Assembly (NCBI GenBank): GCA_023205875.1
Contig: CP060759.1
Coordinates: 372,001 to 436,000 of the forward strand
Source: Chloropicon primus
Taxonomy: Eukaryota
DNA: 64,000 bases
Direction of reading: 5' to 3'
How positions within the stretch are numbered: the first letter of the stretch is position 1; every line of letters starts with the position of its first letter. Below, in pieces: positions 33,742 through 45,541 of this stretch. The translations under genes and the position numbers were made by a program. The notes beneath the pieces are model-generated. The model did no database searches and was not told the DNA's origin. It worked only from the letters and a program-made list of their open reading frames with translations.

Positions 33742-36700
33742 ATGGCGGACACTGCGACGATGGAGCAGTTCAAGGAGGGGAGCCTCGTGTGGGTGAAGGC
33801 CACGACAGTGCCCGGGTCCTCGCCCGAGACCTTGCCGTGGCTCAAGGCTCGCGTCGCGTCTTCCGCGCGCAACTCCTCGCCCAACGAAGAGGGGAGGGTG
33901 GAGGTGGAGGTGTGCGAACACTCTGACCTCGCGGATATCTTCGCCTTCGAGCCGGGTTCGTTCCCTTCGCAAGGGACGCGAGCGGAGGTCGACGCCGCTT
34001 CTCTCAGGGCGCGGACGGAAGGGGACAGCATGGTGGAGGACCTCGTGAACAGTGATATCCTGCACGAGGCGTCCGTGCTGAAAACGCTTGGACTGCGGTA
34101 CATGTGCGACGACATTTACACGTACACGGGGTCGATACTCATAGCGGTGAATCCGTTCAAACCTCTGAAGTCTCTTTACGGGCCGAGCATGATGAAGCGG
34201 TACTACAACACCTTCTTGGGAGAGTCGAGCCCCCACGTGTACGCCATCGCAGAGCAGGCGTACAAGTCCATGCTCATCGACGGTGGGTCCCAGTCCATCC
34301 TGATATCGGGGGAGTCAGGAGCCGGGAAGACGGAGACGGCAAAGCTCGTGATGCAGTACCTCGCGATGAGGCACACGCAAGAGTCCCCGGGGAGGAGGGA
34401 GGCGGAGGCGAGCGAAGCGGGCGCTCCCCCGGTGCAGTACAAGGACGAGCAAGGCCAGAGTGTCTCGCCCTTCACTGCAGGGCTGATGAGGAAGAGGAGG
34501 AACAGCAATCCCGTGGAGCAGCAAGTTCTGCAGTCGAACCCGCTCCTGGAGGCCTTTGGCAACGCGAAGACGGTGAGAAACAACAACTCGTCGCGGTTTG
34601 GAAAGTACGTGGATCTCAAGTTCAACAAGAGGGGGCAGATCCAGACGGCCCACATCCAGACCTACCTGCTCGAGAGAACCCGCGTGGTCCAGGTGTCTAC
34701 ACAGGAGCGCAGCTACCACATTTTCTACCAGCTCTGCAAGGGTGCGTCAGAAGAGCAGAGGGAGATTCTGCACTTGAAAGCCTGCTCTGCATCTGATTTC
34801 TATTACCTTTCCTGCAGTGAAGTTCTCGACATCGAGGGCATGGACGATGCAGAGGACTTTCGTGTGACGCAGAAGGCCATGTCGATCGTGGGCATTTCCG
34901 AAGAGGAGCAGCTCGACGCCATGAAGGTTTTATCGGCCGTCCTCCACATCGGCAACATCAAGTTCTCCGATGCTTTGGAGTCGGACAGCGCTGTCATGGA
35001 TGGCTCGATCGTGAAGGATGAGTGCGAAAGGCATCTCAAGGCAGCTGCGAGCCTGCTGGGCGTGCCCAGCGATGATCTTGAGCAGGCCCTCACAACGAGA
35101 ACGATTGTGGCCCCGGACAGCACTTACAGGAAGGGCTTGTCCCCAATGGATTCGGCCAAGGCCAGGGACACCTTGTCGAAGACCCTGTACGACAAGCTTT
35201 TCAACTGGGTTGTTGAAGCTGTCAATAAGAACATGGATTCCAATGAAGGGGAAACATTGTCCATTGGTATTCTTGACATTTATGGCTTCGAGCACTTCAA
35301 GAAGAATGACTTTGAGCAGCTGTGCATCAACCTCGCCAACGAATACCTGCAGCAACACTTCAATTACCAAGTGCTGAGTTACGAGCAGGAGGAATACACG
35401 AAGGAGGGGATCGATTGGACGTTCATTGATTTCAAGGACAACCAGGATGTTCTTGACATGATAGTGGGCACGGGGGGCAAGAAGAAGCTGAGCGCAATCA
35501 TGCCTATTTTAGATGAATGTTGCCGGCTGCCGCGGACAACTGCAGCAGATTTCTGCCATTCGCTGAAGGACAAGCTTGGGGAGAACAAATCATTGGTGTT
35601 TCACAAGAAGTGGCCCCACTGCTTTGAGGTTAGGCACTACGCGGGGGAAGTGCTTTATGAGACGACCCAGATGATCGAGAAGAACAAGGATTACATCATT
35701 TTTGAGCACAACGCTCTGGCAAAATCGAGCGAATCCAGTTTCTTCCAAGCGTTATTTCTCGCGGGACTGGAGTCACAAGAATCGAAGAACAAGACGTTCA
35801 TTCTGAGGACGGTGTCGTCGATTTTTTCAAAGCAGCTGAAGTGCCTCATGGATGACCTTTGCAAAACAAACCCGCACTACATACGATGCATAAAACCAAA
35901 CTACAGCTGCCTGCGCGGTACGTTTGTGGCAGGCTATGTCCACGAGCAGCTGGCGTACGGAGGGGTGATGGAGGCAGTTAGGATCTCGAGGAGTGGCTTC
36001 CCCTCAAGAAAGGTCTTTGTGGATTTTGTCTACCGATACGAAATTCTCTTGGATGCGAAGGCAAGAGAAAGGTGTGAGGACGCGGATGAAAAACATGTTA
36101 CGGAGCTCATACTGCGCACGCTGAACCTGGAGAACAGGTGGCAGGTCGGGAAAACAAAGGTATTCCTCAAAGAGGGCGTCGTTCCCATGCTGGAAAACAA
36201 GAGGAACGCAGTCCTTTATGATGCGGTTGTGTGCATCCAATCTACATTTAGGACCTACCTTGCTCAGAAGGAGGCGAAGGAGAGGAAGGAAGCCATCGTG
36301 AGGATCCAAAGCTGCTGGAGGAGAGAAATGGCGAAAAGAAGATTTGAATCCGTGAGGATCGATAGAGCAGCGACTTTGCTCCAGTCCTGGGCACGGATGC
36401 TTCCTCTGCGGCAAGCATTTATTGCACACAGGAGGAACCAAAAGGCGATCGTGATCCAATCCTTTGTGAGAAGCTACTTCGCGAGGCAGCGGAGCGAAGC
36501 CGCAAAACTCGTCCTGATCAGACAGAAGAGGAAAGCGGCCGCTGTAACGATTCAGAGCTTCTGGAGACAGCTCGAGGCAAAGAAGACGTTTGCAAGGATT
36601 AAAGCAGAAGCGGAGTATCTCCAGAACATGGAGACGGAGAACGAACGCCTCCAAGAGCGAGTCAGGGAGCTCGAAGCCTACAAGGCCTACAAAGAGGAAG

Positions 36701-38514
36701 AAGCTGAAAGGAAGGAGAGCGGCGAGCAAAAAGAGCTTGAAGCATACAAATCATATGCCGAATCCGAAATGAAAGAAGGCAGAGAACGCATTGATTTGCT
36801 GATGAAAGAGAAGAGTGAGATAGCAACAAAGATGAAAGAGATGGAGCAAACGGCCCAGAGCTTGCATGACTCGATTGCTGATCTGAAGCTTCAACTCCAG
36901 TCAAAGGAGTCTGAGGTAGAAAAATTGCAAGAGCAGGATCAAGCCAACAAGGACCACGCAGCTCGCCTTGATAGTCAGCTGGTTGGTCTTAAGGACGAGC
37001 TCCAGCAAATGAAGGCCACAAAGGCGGAACTTCAAAGCAAGGCCAACGATGCAAAGCTGGCGGAGAGCCAAGCGATTGCAGGCAACCTCAAATCAGAGAA
37101 CGAAAAGCTCAAGGCACAGGTACATAGCTCCGCAAAACAAGTTTTGCACCTCGAGAAGATGCTAAAAGCGAGTGAGGAGCGAGAAGGCGAGGCGAGGGAA
37201 ACACTCAAGAACCAATTGGCGATGATGACGCCCGACAAGCTTGGGCTGGATGAAGTTCAACAATCCACGGTTTTGGAAGAGGTTGTCCATCCGCTTGCGT
37301 TTGACAAGCTGTCCCCAAAGAAGCAGAATGATTTCCTGCAGCTCATGTCTATGGCAATGAAGAATTCGCAGTTCATCGACAGCATGTCGGTCACGGCATA
37401 CTGGATATCCCTAGCCCTGTGGGACTGGGCGAGGCAGTGGGATGCGCCAGAGTTCCAAGGCGCACTTGATACAATTCCAGGCCAAGTTCTCAACAAGTTT
37501 AGGGAGTACAATAGCATGCATGACAGAAACCATTGCTGGCAGATCATAAACACGGTGATCTCTCTGTCGCATCTTGTGCGCCACAAGCCCCCACTGAAGG
37601 ATTTTCGTTGTGCCAAAACGTCAGAGCTGCAACTCACAGTCTTCTCAGGCACTATTGGGGTTGAGAACATCATCCTTTTCAGGGAGTTGAGACAGATGCT
37701 TTACACAATTCTCGATCCAGCGAGGTTGGTCGATGTCGGCAACAAGGGAAACGGCCTCTCTCGAAAGCGCTTGGATGTGCCGGTGGCGGTCAAGTCTTAC
37801 CTCATCGATTTGCAGGGCATCGTATCTGATATCGAGAGCGCCCAGATCAGTGAATCGCTTGTCAAAGTCTTTTTGTTGGAGATGCTGAACATGACCGATA
37901 TGGAGATACTGAACCAGCTTCTCATGCGGAGGGAATGCTGCAGCACATCTTCTGCAAGGATCTTGGATTTAACTTTGAGGCATATCGAGAAGTGGGCATT
38001 GACAGGATGTTCTGACGTCAGTCTCAAGGACATCAGGTGGTCCTTGAGGAGAAGCATACAGGCGTGCAACTTCCTTCTGGTCCATAAGACCGACATCGCT
38101 AGGGCTCACAAGCACGGCATTCCTCTGAGCCAGCTCTTGGAAGGAAAGACGGACAAGCTAAACCTGCAGCAGGTTTACAGGCTTGTCGCGTACCACCACG
38201 ACGATTGGATCCTCGGCAACAGAATGAACAGCGACTCTTATGGATTGCTGCACGGGCTGAAGAGAGAAATCGCAAGGAGCGCTGGCAGTGACCAGGGAAG
38301 GCTGACCAGTCCCGAACTGCTGAGCCCAAACCACGCGGTGACTTGGAAGACTGGGGACTTTGACAATGAAGCGGAGCTGCTCATTGATGTTGTCACGGCA
38401 TCGGCTGACTTTGAGACTGCGCTGAAGGAGGCGGTGACGAAGAGGGGCTTGGAAGACCCTTGGGCTTCCTTCAGCGAATTCCCGGGCTTCCTCAAGGATA
38501 TTCTCACACTCTGA
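33742..38514 (+). CDS. Myosin heavy chain, class XI-like (motor, IQ repeats, coiled coil, DIL-like tail)
   Basis: GESGAGKT, LEAFGNAKTVRNNNSSRFGK, LDIYGFE; multiple IQ motifs; NQLLMRRECCS DIL motif. Confidence 0.93.
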   Translation: MADTATMEQFKEGSLVWVKATTVPGSSPETLPWLKARVASSARNSSPNEEGRVEVEVCEHSDLADIFAFEPGSFPSQGTRAEVDAASLRARTEGDSMVEDLVNSDILHEASVLKTLGLRYMCDDIYTYTGSILIAVNPFKPLKSLYGPSMMKRYYNTFLGESSPHVYAIAEQAYKSMLIDGGSQSILISGESGAGKTETAKLVMQYLAMRHTQESPGRREAEASEAGAPPVQYKDEQGQSVSPFTAGLMRKRRNSNPVEQQVLQSNPLLEAFGNAKTVRNNNSSRFGKYVDLKFNKRGQIQTAHIQTYLLERTRVVQVSTQERSYHIFYQLCKGASEEQREILHLKACSASDFYYLSCSEVLDIEGMDDAEDFRVTQKAMSIVGISEEEQLDAMKVLSAVLHIGNIKFSDALESDSAVMDGSIVKDECERHLKAAASLLGVPSDDLEQALTTRTIVAPDSTYRKGLSPMDSAKARDTLSKTLYDKLFNWVVEAVNKNMDSNEGETLSIGILDIYGFEHFKKNDFEQLCINLANEYLQQHFNYQVLSYEQEEYTKEGIDWTFIDFKDNQDVLDMIVGTGGKKKLSAIMPILDECCRLPRTTAADFCHSLKDKLGENKSLVFHKKWPHCFEVRHYAGEVLYETTQMIEKNKDYIIFEHNALAKSSESSFFQALFLAGLESQESKNKTFILRTVSSIFSKQLKCLMDDLCKTNPHYIRCIKPNYSCLRGTFVAGYVHEQLAYGGVMEAVRISRSGFPSRKVFVDFVYRYEILLDAKARERCEDADEKHVTELILRTLNLENRWQVGKTKVFLKEGVVPMLENKRNAVLYDAVVCIQSTFRTYLAQKEAKERKEAIVRIQSCWRREMAKRRFESVRIDRAATLLQSWARMLPLRQAFIAHRRNQKAIVIQSFVRSYFARQRSEAAKLVLIRQKRKAAAVTIQSFWRQLEAKKTFARIKAEAEYLQNMETENERLQERVRELEAYKAYKEEEAERKESGEQKELEAYKSYAESEMKEGRERIDLLMKEKSEIATKMKEMEQTAQSLHDSIADLKLQLQSKESEVEKLQEQDQANKDHAARLDSQLVGLKDELQQMKATKAELQSKANDAKLAESQAIAGNLKSENEKLKAQVHSSAKQVLHLEKMLKASEEREGEARETLKNQLAMMTPDKLGLDEVQQSTVLEEVVHPLAFDKLSPKKQNDFLQLMSMAMKNSQFIDSMSVTAYWISLALWDWARQWDAPEFQGALDTIPGQVLNKFREYNSMHDRNHCWQIINTVISLSHLVRHKPPLKDFRCAKTSELQLTVFSGTIGVENIILFRELRQMLYTILDPARLVDVGNKGNGLSRKRLDVPVAVKSYLIDLQGIVSDIESAQISESLVKVFLLEMLNMTDMEILNQLLMRRECCSTSSARILDLTLRHIEKWALTGCSDVSLKDIRWSLRRSIQACNFLLVHKTDIARAHKHGIPLSQLLEGKTDKLNLQQVYRLVAYHHDDWILGNRMNSDSYGLLHGLKREIARSAGSDQGRLTSPELLSPNHAVTWKTGDFDNEAELLIDVVTASADFETALKEAVTKRGLEDPWASFSEFPGFLKDILTL

Positions 38515-38575
38515 TGATTTTGCTGTGGTGTAACATAAATTATATGTAAAATTGTAGAACTCAATGGAAACCCTT

Positions 38576-39331
38576 TCAAAGCTTTGCGGGCACTTTGCTC
38601 AGTTTCTCGTGCCTCATCTTGGAGGCGAACCTCAGGAACTTGTGAACCTCCTCGTACACGGGGCTGGTGGCCTCGGCGACCCTGGCCATCCAGGCCCTCA
38701 CCTCGGGGAAAGGCCCCATGATGGAATCAAAATCCATGCCATCGACGGGGGCATAAAACATGTTCAGCTGCTCCAGCTCGCAGCAGAAGAGCAGGTCGGC
38801 CACGCAGGGGCGGCTCCCTCCCACGAAACTCCGGTCCTTCAGCCAGACTCTTTCCATGGTCCCAAGGGCCCTGTCCAGCACAGCTTTGCAATCCACGGCA
38901 ATGGCCTCATTAGGCTGCACCCCCAAGTTCATCGCCACGACCTTGTGAAAGGTGAGCCCCCCGCAACCTTTCCTGAGCGTGGAGTGGTACCAGTGAAGGG
39001 CGCTGTCGACGTACGCCTGCTTCTCGAGCTGCTCCACGCCCCCGGCGGACGGATACCAGTCACTGAGGCTGAACCTCTCGCACAGATGCCTCAAAATCGC
39101 ACAGCTCTCAGGAAGACGGAAATCGACGGACTGCCCCGCCCCCCGCTTCACGAGGCAAGGAACCTGCCTAAGGGGGTTGAGCTCCTTGTACTCGTCCGTC
39201 CGGTGCTCCTTCTTATGTATCAGCACTCGCTTCTCCTCCAAAGCCTGACCCATACTCGCAGCATTCAGGCGACAGAGAATCATCAACGCCCTACTGGGTT
39301 GGGACATGAAGTCCACGTAAAGCTGGTACAT
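38576..39331 (-). CDS. Glutathione S-transferase, theta class
   Basis: LYVDFMSQPSRA, NPLRQVP, ESCAILRHL, DWYP, LHWYH motifs. Confidence 0.9.
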   Translation of the reverse strand: MYQLYVDFMSQPSRALMILCRLNAASMGQALEEKRVLIHKKEHRTDEYKELNPLRQVPCLVKRGAGQSVDFRLPESCAILRHLCERFSLSDWYPSAGGVEQLEKQAYVDSALHWYHSTLRKGCGGLTFHKVVAMNLGVQPNEAIAVDCKAVLDRALGTMERVWLKDRSFVGGSRPCVADLLFCCELEQLNMFYAPVDGMDFDSIMGPFPEVRAWMARVAEATSPVYEEVHKFLRFASKMRHEKLSKVPAKL

Positions 39332-39636
39332 GGCTCCACCCTTCTCTCGCGCTCACCTGACCTCCTCACTTCATCAAAACAGAACAGAACAGAACCAAAA
39401 AATCATGGATGGTCAGACCCAGAACATCCTCATTACCGCTTCATTCTTTTCAAGAGAGGGGTGGTCGGAAAGAGCAAGACGCGATCCTTCCGTCTTCCTC
39501 CCCTCCCTTTGTCCCTCGGACCTCCCACTACGCCGCCTCCGCCCTAGACTCACCTCCACAAAGGTCCCTCCCCTCGGCTTTCGCTCGATTGGGTTCTCAG
39601 CCTATTTGAACCAAGATGACAGGCGACACACGGACG

Positions 39637-40763
39637 ATGGCGAGGAAAGCTTTCGAGGCGGTGATACTTTACGAGAACCTGTGCGAGGCCAAGAGAAAGC
39701 TGGTGAGTCCAACAAACCTCTCATCCACCTCTCTCTCTCCAACTCTCTCTCCATCTCTCTCTCTCTCGTCCTTGCTTTGCCTGACGCTTGTTTGTTTGTT
39801 GTTGTTCGAAAGGTGGAGCAGGTGGGTGACTGGGCACTGGAGGAGCTTCTGTTGCTGAGAGCGGAGGCGTACTTCACGAAGAAGCAGAAGCTCAAGATTC
39901 AGCGATGCTTCCATCAGTGGGCGGAAGGCACCGCTTGTCTCTCCCACTCCGTGGAGGACTCATCGCAGGAGGAGGAGGAGGAGACTCGGACTGGGGTGGT
40001 GGTGGAGGCTGAGGAGGTGGATCCCGCGAGGGTGACGAGGGAGGAGATCGAGGACGAGCTCGTGAGCGAGACTTTGAGGGCTCTGGAGGAGTGCGGAACG
40101 GAGGAGGTGGACACGCGGCGACTTGTGGAAGTTATCGTCCAGATCCAGGAGGAAGAGAGGGAGAACGTGGAGGTCATGTCCACGGTGCAGTTCAACTTCC
40201 AGCACGTGAACGAGGAGAAGATTTCGGTAATAACCAAGGGAAACGGCGGGCTCACGGAGAGGATCAAGCTGAGCCGGGCCATTCAGAACATGAAGATACT
40301 GAGGTACAAGGCGGAGCTTCTTGGGATCGAGACCAGGGTCATCGATGAGACCCTGAGAGTCTTGGACTACCACCTTCTGCACCACCCCACCGCGGCTCCT
40401 TCCTTCACGGGCTTGACCGCAAGGGACACGCCTGCTGGTGACAGCGGGGCCACGGCAGCCGAGTCCAAGATGAGGTCGATGAGCCAAACGGACTCGGGCA
40501 GGACCGTCTACGAGAGCGCGGGCTCGCTCGACTTCGACGGCGGGGGAGAAGCCAGCGAGGACACGTACAACAGCCACCTGAGGAGCAACATGTACGGCAT
40601 AACTTTCAACGGCGACTTGCTGGTGAGCGACGAGGACGACGACGTCTTCGAGTCCGAGACGCCCGAAGCGGAGCGCTTCGGAGTGAACCGGGCGAAGCAG
40701 CTGCTCCACAGCCTGCAGAACATGAAGGACGTCGGCAAAAGCCTGGACTACGACTACTTTTGA
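39637..40763 (+). CDS. Hypothetical acidic protein (intron 39703-39812)
   Basis: GC3-biased ORF; GTGAGT...CTGAC...AAG intron joins exons in frame. Confidence 0.6.
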
Positions 40764-41297
40764 GCTCGGGTCCTTTACGAGGAGAAAGGGGAGAAGACGG
40801 CGGGGGTAGAAGGAAAAGGATAAGAAAAGAATAATATTATTACAGCGCAACAAACGTGCACATTATTGAGGCCCCCACTACACTGTTCGACGATCAAGCT
40901 GCGCGCGCGCGAGCGCCACGGAGCTCTGTGGAGGCGGAGGCGATCAGAGGACAAAGTGCGCGGAAAAGGCGTCAGCACAGAGCTCGAGACGAGGCGGAGG
41001 ACGGGGTGGGGTAAGACTTTTCGACCAAGCATGTAGTGTCCCCGAGTTATCTTGTCTCGGAAACTTCTGAATGCAGTCGCAAACACTTGTCGCACGTGTA
41101 AGCTGTGACCTTCCAGACTTTCAAAGTACCCTTAGAAAGGCGTATCTAACAGTGCATTGGCCAGCCCCGGCGCCGACCCTCTCTCTCTCCCCCTCAACCT
41201 TCGCCTCCTACTTTCTGTCACTCACCTGCAACGCTGCGAAGAAGAAGACGACCAAGACCAAGACCACGACCACTCGGCGGGCCACCGCGAGTCCCGC

Positions 41298-41600
41298 TCA
41301 CTTCTCCTTGCTGGCTCCGTGCCGAACGACGAGGGGCTCCTTGATCTGCGCCCTCTCGCTCCGTTCCGCCACCTCGTCCTTGTACTCCTCGAGGGTCTTG
41401 ATGGACACCAGGTGAGACACTTGGTCGAGCTTGCCGCGCACGGACGGCGTGTTCGGCACGACGACCTGCTTACCCGACTTGGTCAGCTTCAACGTCTTAA
41501 GCGTCGCGAGGTGCAAATTCTGCTTCCCTGCGGTGCCCCTCACCAGCTTCACCACGAGGTGGTGTGCCAGCTTCCCTGCCTCCACCGCCGCACCACTCAT
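41298..41600 (-). CDS. Mitochondrial ribosomal protein uL30m
   Basis: VKLVRGTAGK...TLKTLKL...NTPSVRGKLDQVSHLV is an L30 signature. Confidence 0.85.
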   Translation of the reverse strand: MSGAAVEAGKLAHHLVVKLVRGTAGKQNLHLATLKTLKLTKSGKQVVVPNTPSVRGKLDQVSHLVSIKTLEEYKDEVAERSERAQIKEPLVVRHGASKEK

Positions 41601-42278
41601 CACGCCCTACCCAACTCAATTCGACACCAAAACCTTCGTCCGACCCACCAATCGAAAGCTCGCGGAAAGACCTTTCGAACGACACCTTCCTCGTTCCCCG
41701 AAACTCCCGACGTGGTTCCGAAAATAAACGAACGAACGAACGAACGAACGAACGAAGCCGAGTCCCTGCCTCTCCCCAAGGCGTCTTTCAGGAAACCCGA
41801 GCGTCGTGTTATTTTAAGTGTCTTTTTTGGTACACTCATACCAACGCTCTCGAGAGGATAAGATGAAGATCCCTCGAAGGACGGGGACTGACGGAGGTGG
41901 AGTGAGTGGTGGTCGTGTGATTGAGGGAGGTCGTAGCCGAGGTCGAGGGAGGGAGAAGGAGAGGGGGTTGTGGTTGGAAGCTTCGCCTCTTCCTTCTCTT
42001 TCCAAAGATACCTTTGTTGAGGGGAGAGGTGGGAGGGGGAAGGTTCCAGCCTTGGAAAGGGCACAGGGAGAGGCTGCGGCAGGAGGGGGTGAGGGAGAGG
42101 GTGGGGGAGGGGAAGCGGGAAGCAGGGGAAGCGGGGGAGCGAGGGGGCGTTTGATTTGTGGGTGAGTTTGTATTTACGTGGTCCCGCAACCGATTGGGTC
42201 CCGTGACGCTGGCCTTATTTGGCGAGGAGGAAGGGTGGGGGGAGAGGAGGAGGAGGAGGTGTTCGTTGGGAAGGGGGC

Positions 42279-43922
42279 ATGGTGACGAGCTCGTCTCGGT
42301 GCAGGGTGCATCATAGCTCGGAGTTGGGACAGCTAACGGGTGGGAGGAGGAGAGGGAGCTCGAGGGAGGTGACAAGGCATGAGGCGACGGGGTCGCGGGC
42401 GGGGGGCCAGAGGGCTGCGACGGCGGAGAGGCCGAGCCCCCTCCTGGTCTGTGGCGCGGGGGGGCGTCCGGGGTCCTTCCAGTGCGCCCGCGCCCGGGTG
42501 TTGGACAGCGGGAGCGACGATTTCTTCAGATCGAGCGACGGAACGGCGGCGGGGTCATCGTACTATTACAGAAGGAGCGACCGGGAGTTGAGGAACCAGG
42601 GGAGGGGAGGGGGGGTCGGGACGACGGAGGGCACGGCCGGCGGGTGCAGCGCGGTGCAAAGCAGCAGCGGGAAGGGTTGGAGGCTCCAAATATTCATCGT
42701 TGGCACCGCGATGCTTCTGTGCAACTTGGACCGCGTCGCGATGGGAATTCTCGCGGTTCCCCTGATCCAGGAGTTCAGCCTGAGCATGACGGAGCTTGGC
42801 GTGCTTCAGTCCAGCTACCTTTGGGGGTACCTGGTCGGCCAGATCCCGGCGGGGCTCGCGTCGGACAAGTACGGAGGCGTCGAGGTCATGCTGGTGGGCC
42901 TTCTCGTGTGGTCCCTCGCGACCTGCGGGACGGCCCTCGCAAAGTACGCGGCCGCCCCCCTGACAATCGCGATCGCGTCTCGGGTGCTCATGGGCTTGGG
43001 CTCCTCCGTGGCGCTGCCCGCGGTGGCCGCCACGGTCGCCAAGGAGGTCCCCGCGAACCAGAGGGCGAGGTCGACGACCATCTCGTACGCCCTGTTCAAC
43101 ATTGGCAACGTGGTGGCCAACTTGTGCACGCCGTACGTCAGCGAGTTCCTGGGGTGGCACTGGTCCTTTGCGATCTACGGCGCTCTGGGCGTGGTGTGGA
43201 CCGCGGTGTGCTTCTACCTGCTGAGGGGGGCCAGGGCGAGGAGGCAAAAGTCCGCGGTGACCCTGAAGGAGCTCCACGCGGAGCCTCCCAAGAAGCCGGT
43301 GAACATCCTCCAAGCCGTCAGGAAGAAGAAGCTGTGGGCGCAGCTTTTGATTCTTGCGTACTGCCACAGCACCATCGGCCTGGGGTACTTCACCCTGCAG
43401 TCCTGGATTCCAGCCTTCATGGCCAAGGACTTGGGAATCGTTTCCCTCAAGGTGGCAGGGCTGTGCACCGCCCTGGTCTGGCTGGCCACCGCCTTCAACA
43501 CGGCCTTCGTCGGCGTGGTCGCCGACAAGCTTTTGAGCAAAATAGAGTTTTGGAAGGTTCGCAGGATAGCCATGACGATCTCGACCATCATCCCTGCGGC
43601 CTGTTTTTTTGTTCTGTCGACGACGAGCAACCCACTCGTTGGGGTTTTTTGCATCCTGATTGGATTGGTCTCGTGGTCCTTCGACTACGCGGGTTTCCAC
43701 CCCTATATCGTGGAGGTGTCGGGCAAGTACTCTGGCACCGTCCTCAGCTTCACCAACAGCGCGGGCGTCATCGCCGGAATCGCCGGGAACATTGCCACGG
43801 GCTACCTTGTTGGCCTCGAGGGCAACTTCACGAGAGTGTTCAGGATCCTGGCAGGGGTCTACTTGCTCTCTTGCATTCTCTGGAACCTCACCATGAAGGG
43901 CGAGAAGCTCGAACTCGTGTAA
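42279..43922 (+). CDS. MFS anion/phosphate transporter, PHT4/SLC17 family, probably plastid-targeted
   Basis: LCNLDRVAMG, LQSSYLWGYLVGQIPAG, many TM helices, Ser/Arg-rich presequence. Confidence 0.85.
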   Translation: MVTSSSRCRVHHSSELGQLTGGRRRGSSREVTRHEATGSRAGGQRAATAERPSPLLVCGAGGRPGSFQCARARVLDSGSDDFFRSSDGTAAGSSYYYRRSDRELRNQGRGGGVGTTEGTAGGCSAVQSSSGKGWRLQIFIVGTAMLLCNLDRVAMGILAVPLIQEFSLSMTELGVLQSSYLWGYLVGQIPAGLASDKYGGVEVMLVGLLVWSLATCGTALAKYAAAPLTIAIASRVLMGLGSSVALPAVAATVAKEVPANQRARSTTISYALFNIGNVVANLCTPYVSEFLGWHWSFAIYGALGVVWTAVCFYLLRGARARRQKSAVTLKELHAEPPKKPVNILQAVRKKKLWAQLLILAYCHSTIGLGYFTLQSWIPAFMAKDLGIVSLKVAGLCTALVWLATAFNTAFVGVVADKLLSKIEFWKVRRIAMTISTIIPAACFFVLSTTSNPLVGVFCILIGLVSWSFDYAGFHPYIVEVSGKYSGTVLSFTNSAGVIAGIAGNIATGYLVGLEGNFTRVFRILAGVYLLSCILWNLTMKGEKLELV

Positions 43923-44212
43923 ATATATCCTGATCATTAATCCGTTATCGTCATCGAAGTCACCAAAGCATCTTTCCGGGGAGGACGCTCTATGTGGAGG
44001 AAGGATCAGGAGCAAAAGGCGACCTATCCGCCCCACCAATCACCCCCTCCCCATCCTCCTCCTCCTCCCTCCTCCTCAACCTTCACCACCATCATCCATC
44101 TCAACCCACTTCTCAATCTGCAACTCACTTTTTTCGTTCGGACTCGACGCCCTCGAGCTCGTCGTCATAAGGGGACGGACGGACGGGAAGAAGACGTAGA
44201 CCGCGACCCAGC

Positions 44213-45454
44213 ATGGCGCCACCCCCTCCCGCGAGGAAGTATGGCCACCCGCTCTTCTTTTGTACCTTCACGGACAGCGCCGAGGGCTCTCAAGTGGTCC
44301 TCGGTGGCGGTGGAGGAGCTTCGTCCACTGGCGTGGCCAACAGGTTGCTCCTCGTTCCGGTCCAACCCAACGACGCCGTCAAGGGCGGCCCTCACAAGGA
44401 CCAGCTTAAGTCCGACCCCGCGAGCGAGCTCCACACGGGAGACATCACGACGGTCAGCGGCACTTGGGTCCAGAACAAGCCGTACTTCGTTGCTGTTCTC
44501 TCCGGTGGAGCTGGACTGAGCAAGTACAAGCTTGGGAAGGGAGCGGACGGGAAGGAGGAGTTCCGCGAGGTTGAGGTTGACGGGGGGAAGGCCGAGAGCT
44601 TCAAGCAGGCGGAGATCAAGACGGTGGCGTCCAATGCGAGCGGAACCCGCATCGCTGTTGGGTACAACACGGGCAAAATTGTGATTTATGACACGGAGAC
44701 CATGGGGGAGATCAGGAGCTTCGACCCCGAGAAGCACGAGGACGTTTTGCCTCCAAAGGGGGGGATCATGAACTTGTGCTACTCTCCCTGCGGCGGGAAG
44801 ATTTTGGTGGTCAAGGACAGCGGCGTCGCCTTTGTCTGGGAGAGCGGTGCCGGTGCGCCTGCCTCGCCCTCGAAGAAGAAGAAGAAGCACAGCAAGGACA
44901 AGAAGAGCAACAGCGGCAGCGCAGGAGGTGGCGCGACGGTGGTGAAGTTTCCGCAGGATCTCGGCACGTTCAGGGGGTGCTATGCATTCCAGGGGGGTGA
45001 TGGGAAGCCTCTCTTCTGCTTGGGGGTCAACTGCAAAGACAGGAAGAGCCGCGTGTCGACTTGGAGGATTGCGGGAGGCAGCCACGCCGCAAGGCAAGTC
45101 TTCCGGTACGCCCACGGCGCCGCCATGACCGCCCTCGCTGGGCATTCTGGCGAGGCCACTGGAAACAGGCTGGTCGCGACGGCCAGCTCCGAGGGTGACG
45201 TCTGCGTGTTTTCCGCGGGAGAAAGCAGCCTGACGGCCCTGCACCGCGTCTCAAACGCTCACATGATTTTCGTCACCGACTTGTCTTTTTCCCGAGACGG
45301 GAGGCGCCTTGTGTCCGTGTCCGCAGACGCGGGCGCGAGGATCACGTGCGTGACGAGATCTGCCAAGCAGATCGCGATGCAGCGCCACATTCTCTTGGCC
45401 CTTCTTCCGCTTTTGGTCGCCCTCATCATCGCGCTTGTGAGGCAATTGCTGTAA
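44213..45454 (+). CDS. SEC12: Sar1 GEF Sec12/PREB (WD40, C-terminal TM)
   Basis: YGHPLF, GGGGGASSTGVAN loop, AHMIFVTDLSFS, C-terminal anchor. Confidence 0.85.
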   Translation: MAPPPPARKYGHPLFFCTFTDSAEGSQVVLGGGGGASSTGVANRLLLVPVQPNDAVKGGPHKDQLKSDPASELHTGDITTVSGTWVQNKPYFVAVLSGGAGLSKYKLGKGADGKEEFREVEVDGGKAESFKQAEIKTVASNASGTRIAVGYNTGKIVIYDTETMGEIRSFDPEKHEDVLPPKGGIMNLCYSPCGGKILVVKDSGVAFVWESGAGAPASPSKKKKKHSKDKKSNSGSAGGGATVVKFPQDLGTFRGCYAFQGGDGKPLFCLGVNCKDRKSRVSTWRIAGGSHAARQVFRYAHGAAMTALAGHSGEATGNRLVATASSEGDVCVFSAGESSLTALHRVSNAHMIFVTDLSFSRDGRRLVSVSADAGARITCVTRSAKQIAMQRHILLALLPLLVALIIALVRQLL

Positions 45455-45541
45455 ACTAAAAGCTTTTGGATTATTATTAATATATGGACACACACACAAC
45501 ACAGAGAGAGAGAGAGAAAGAGAGCTTACAAGCGACGACCC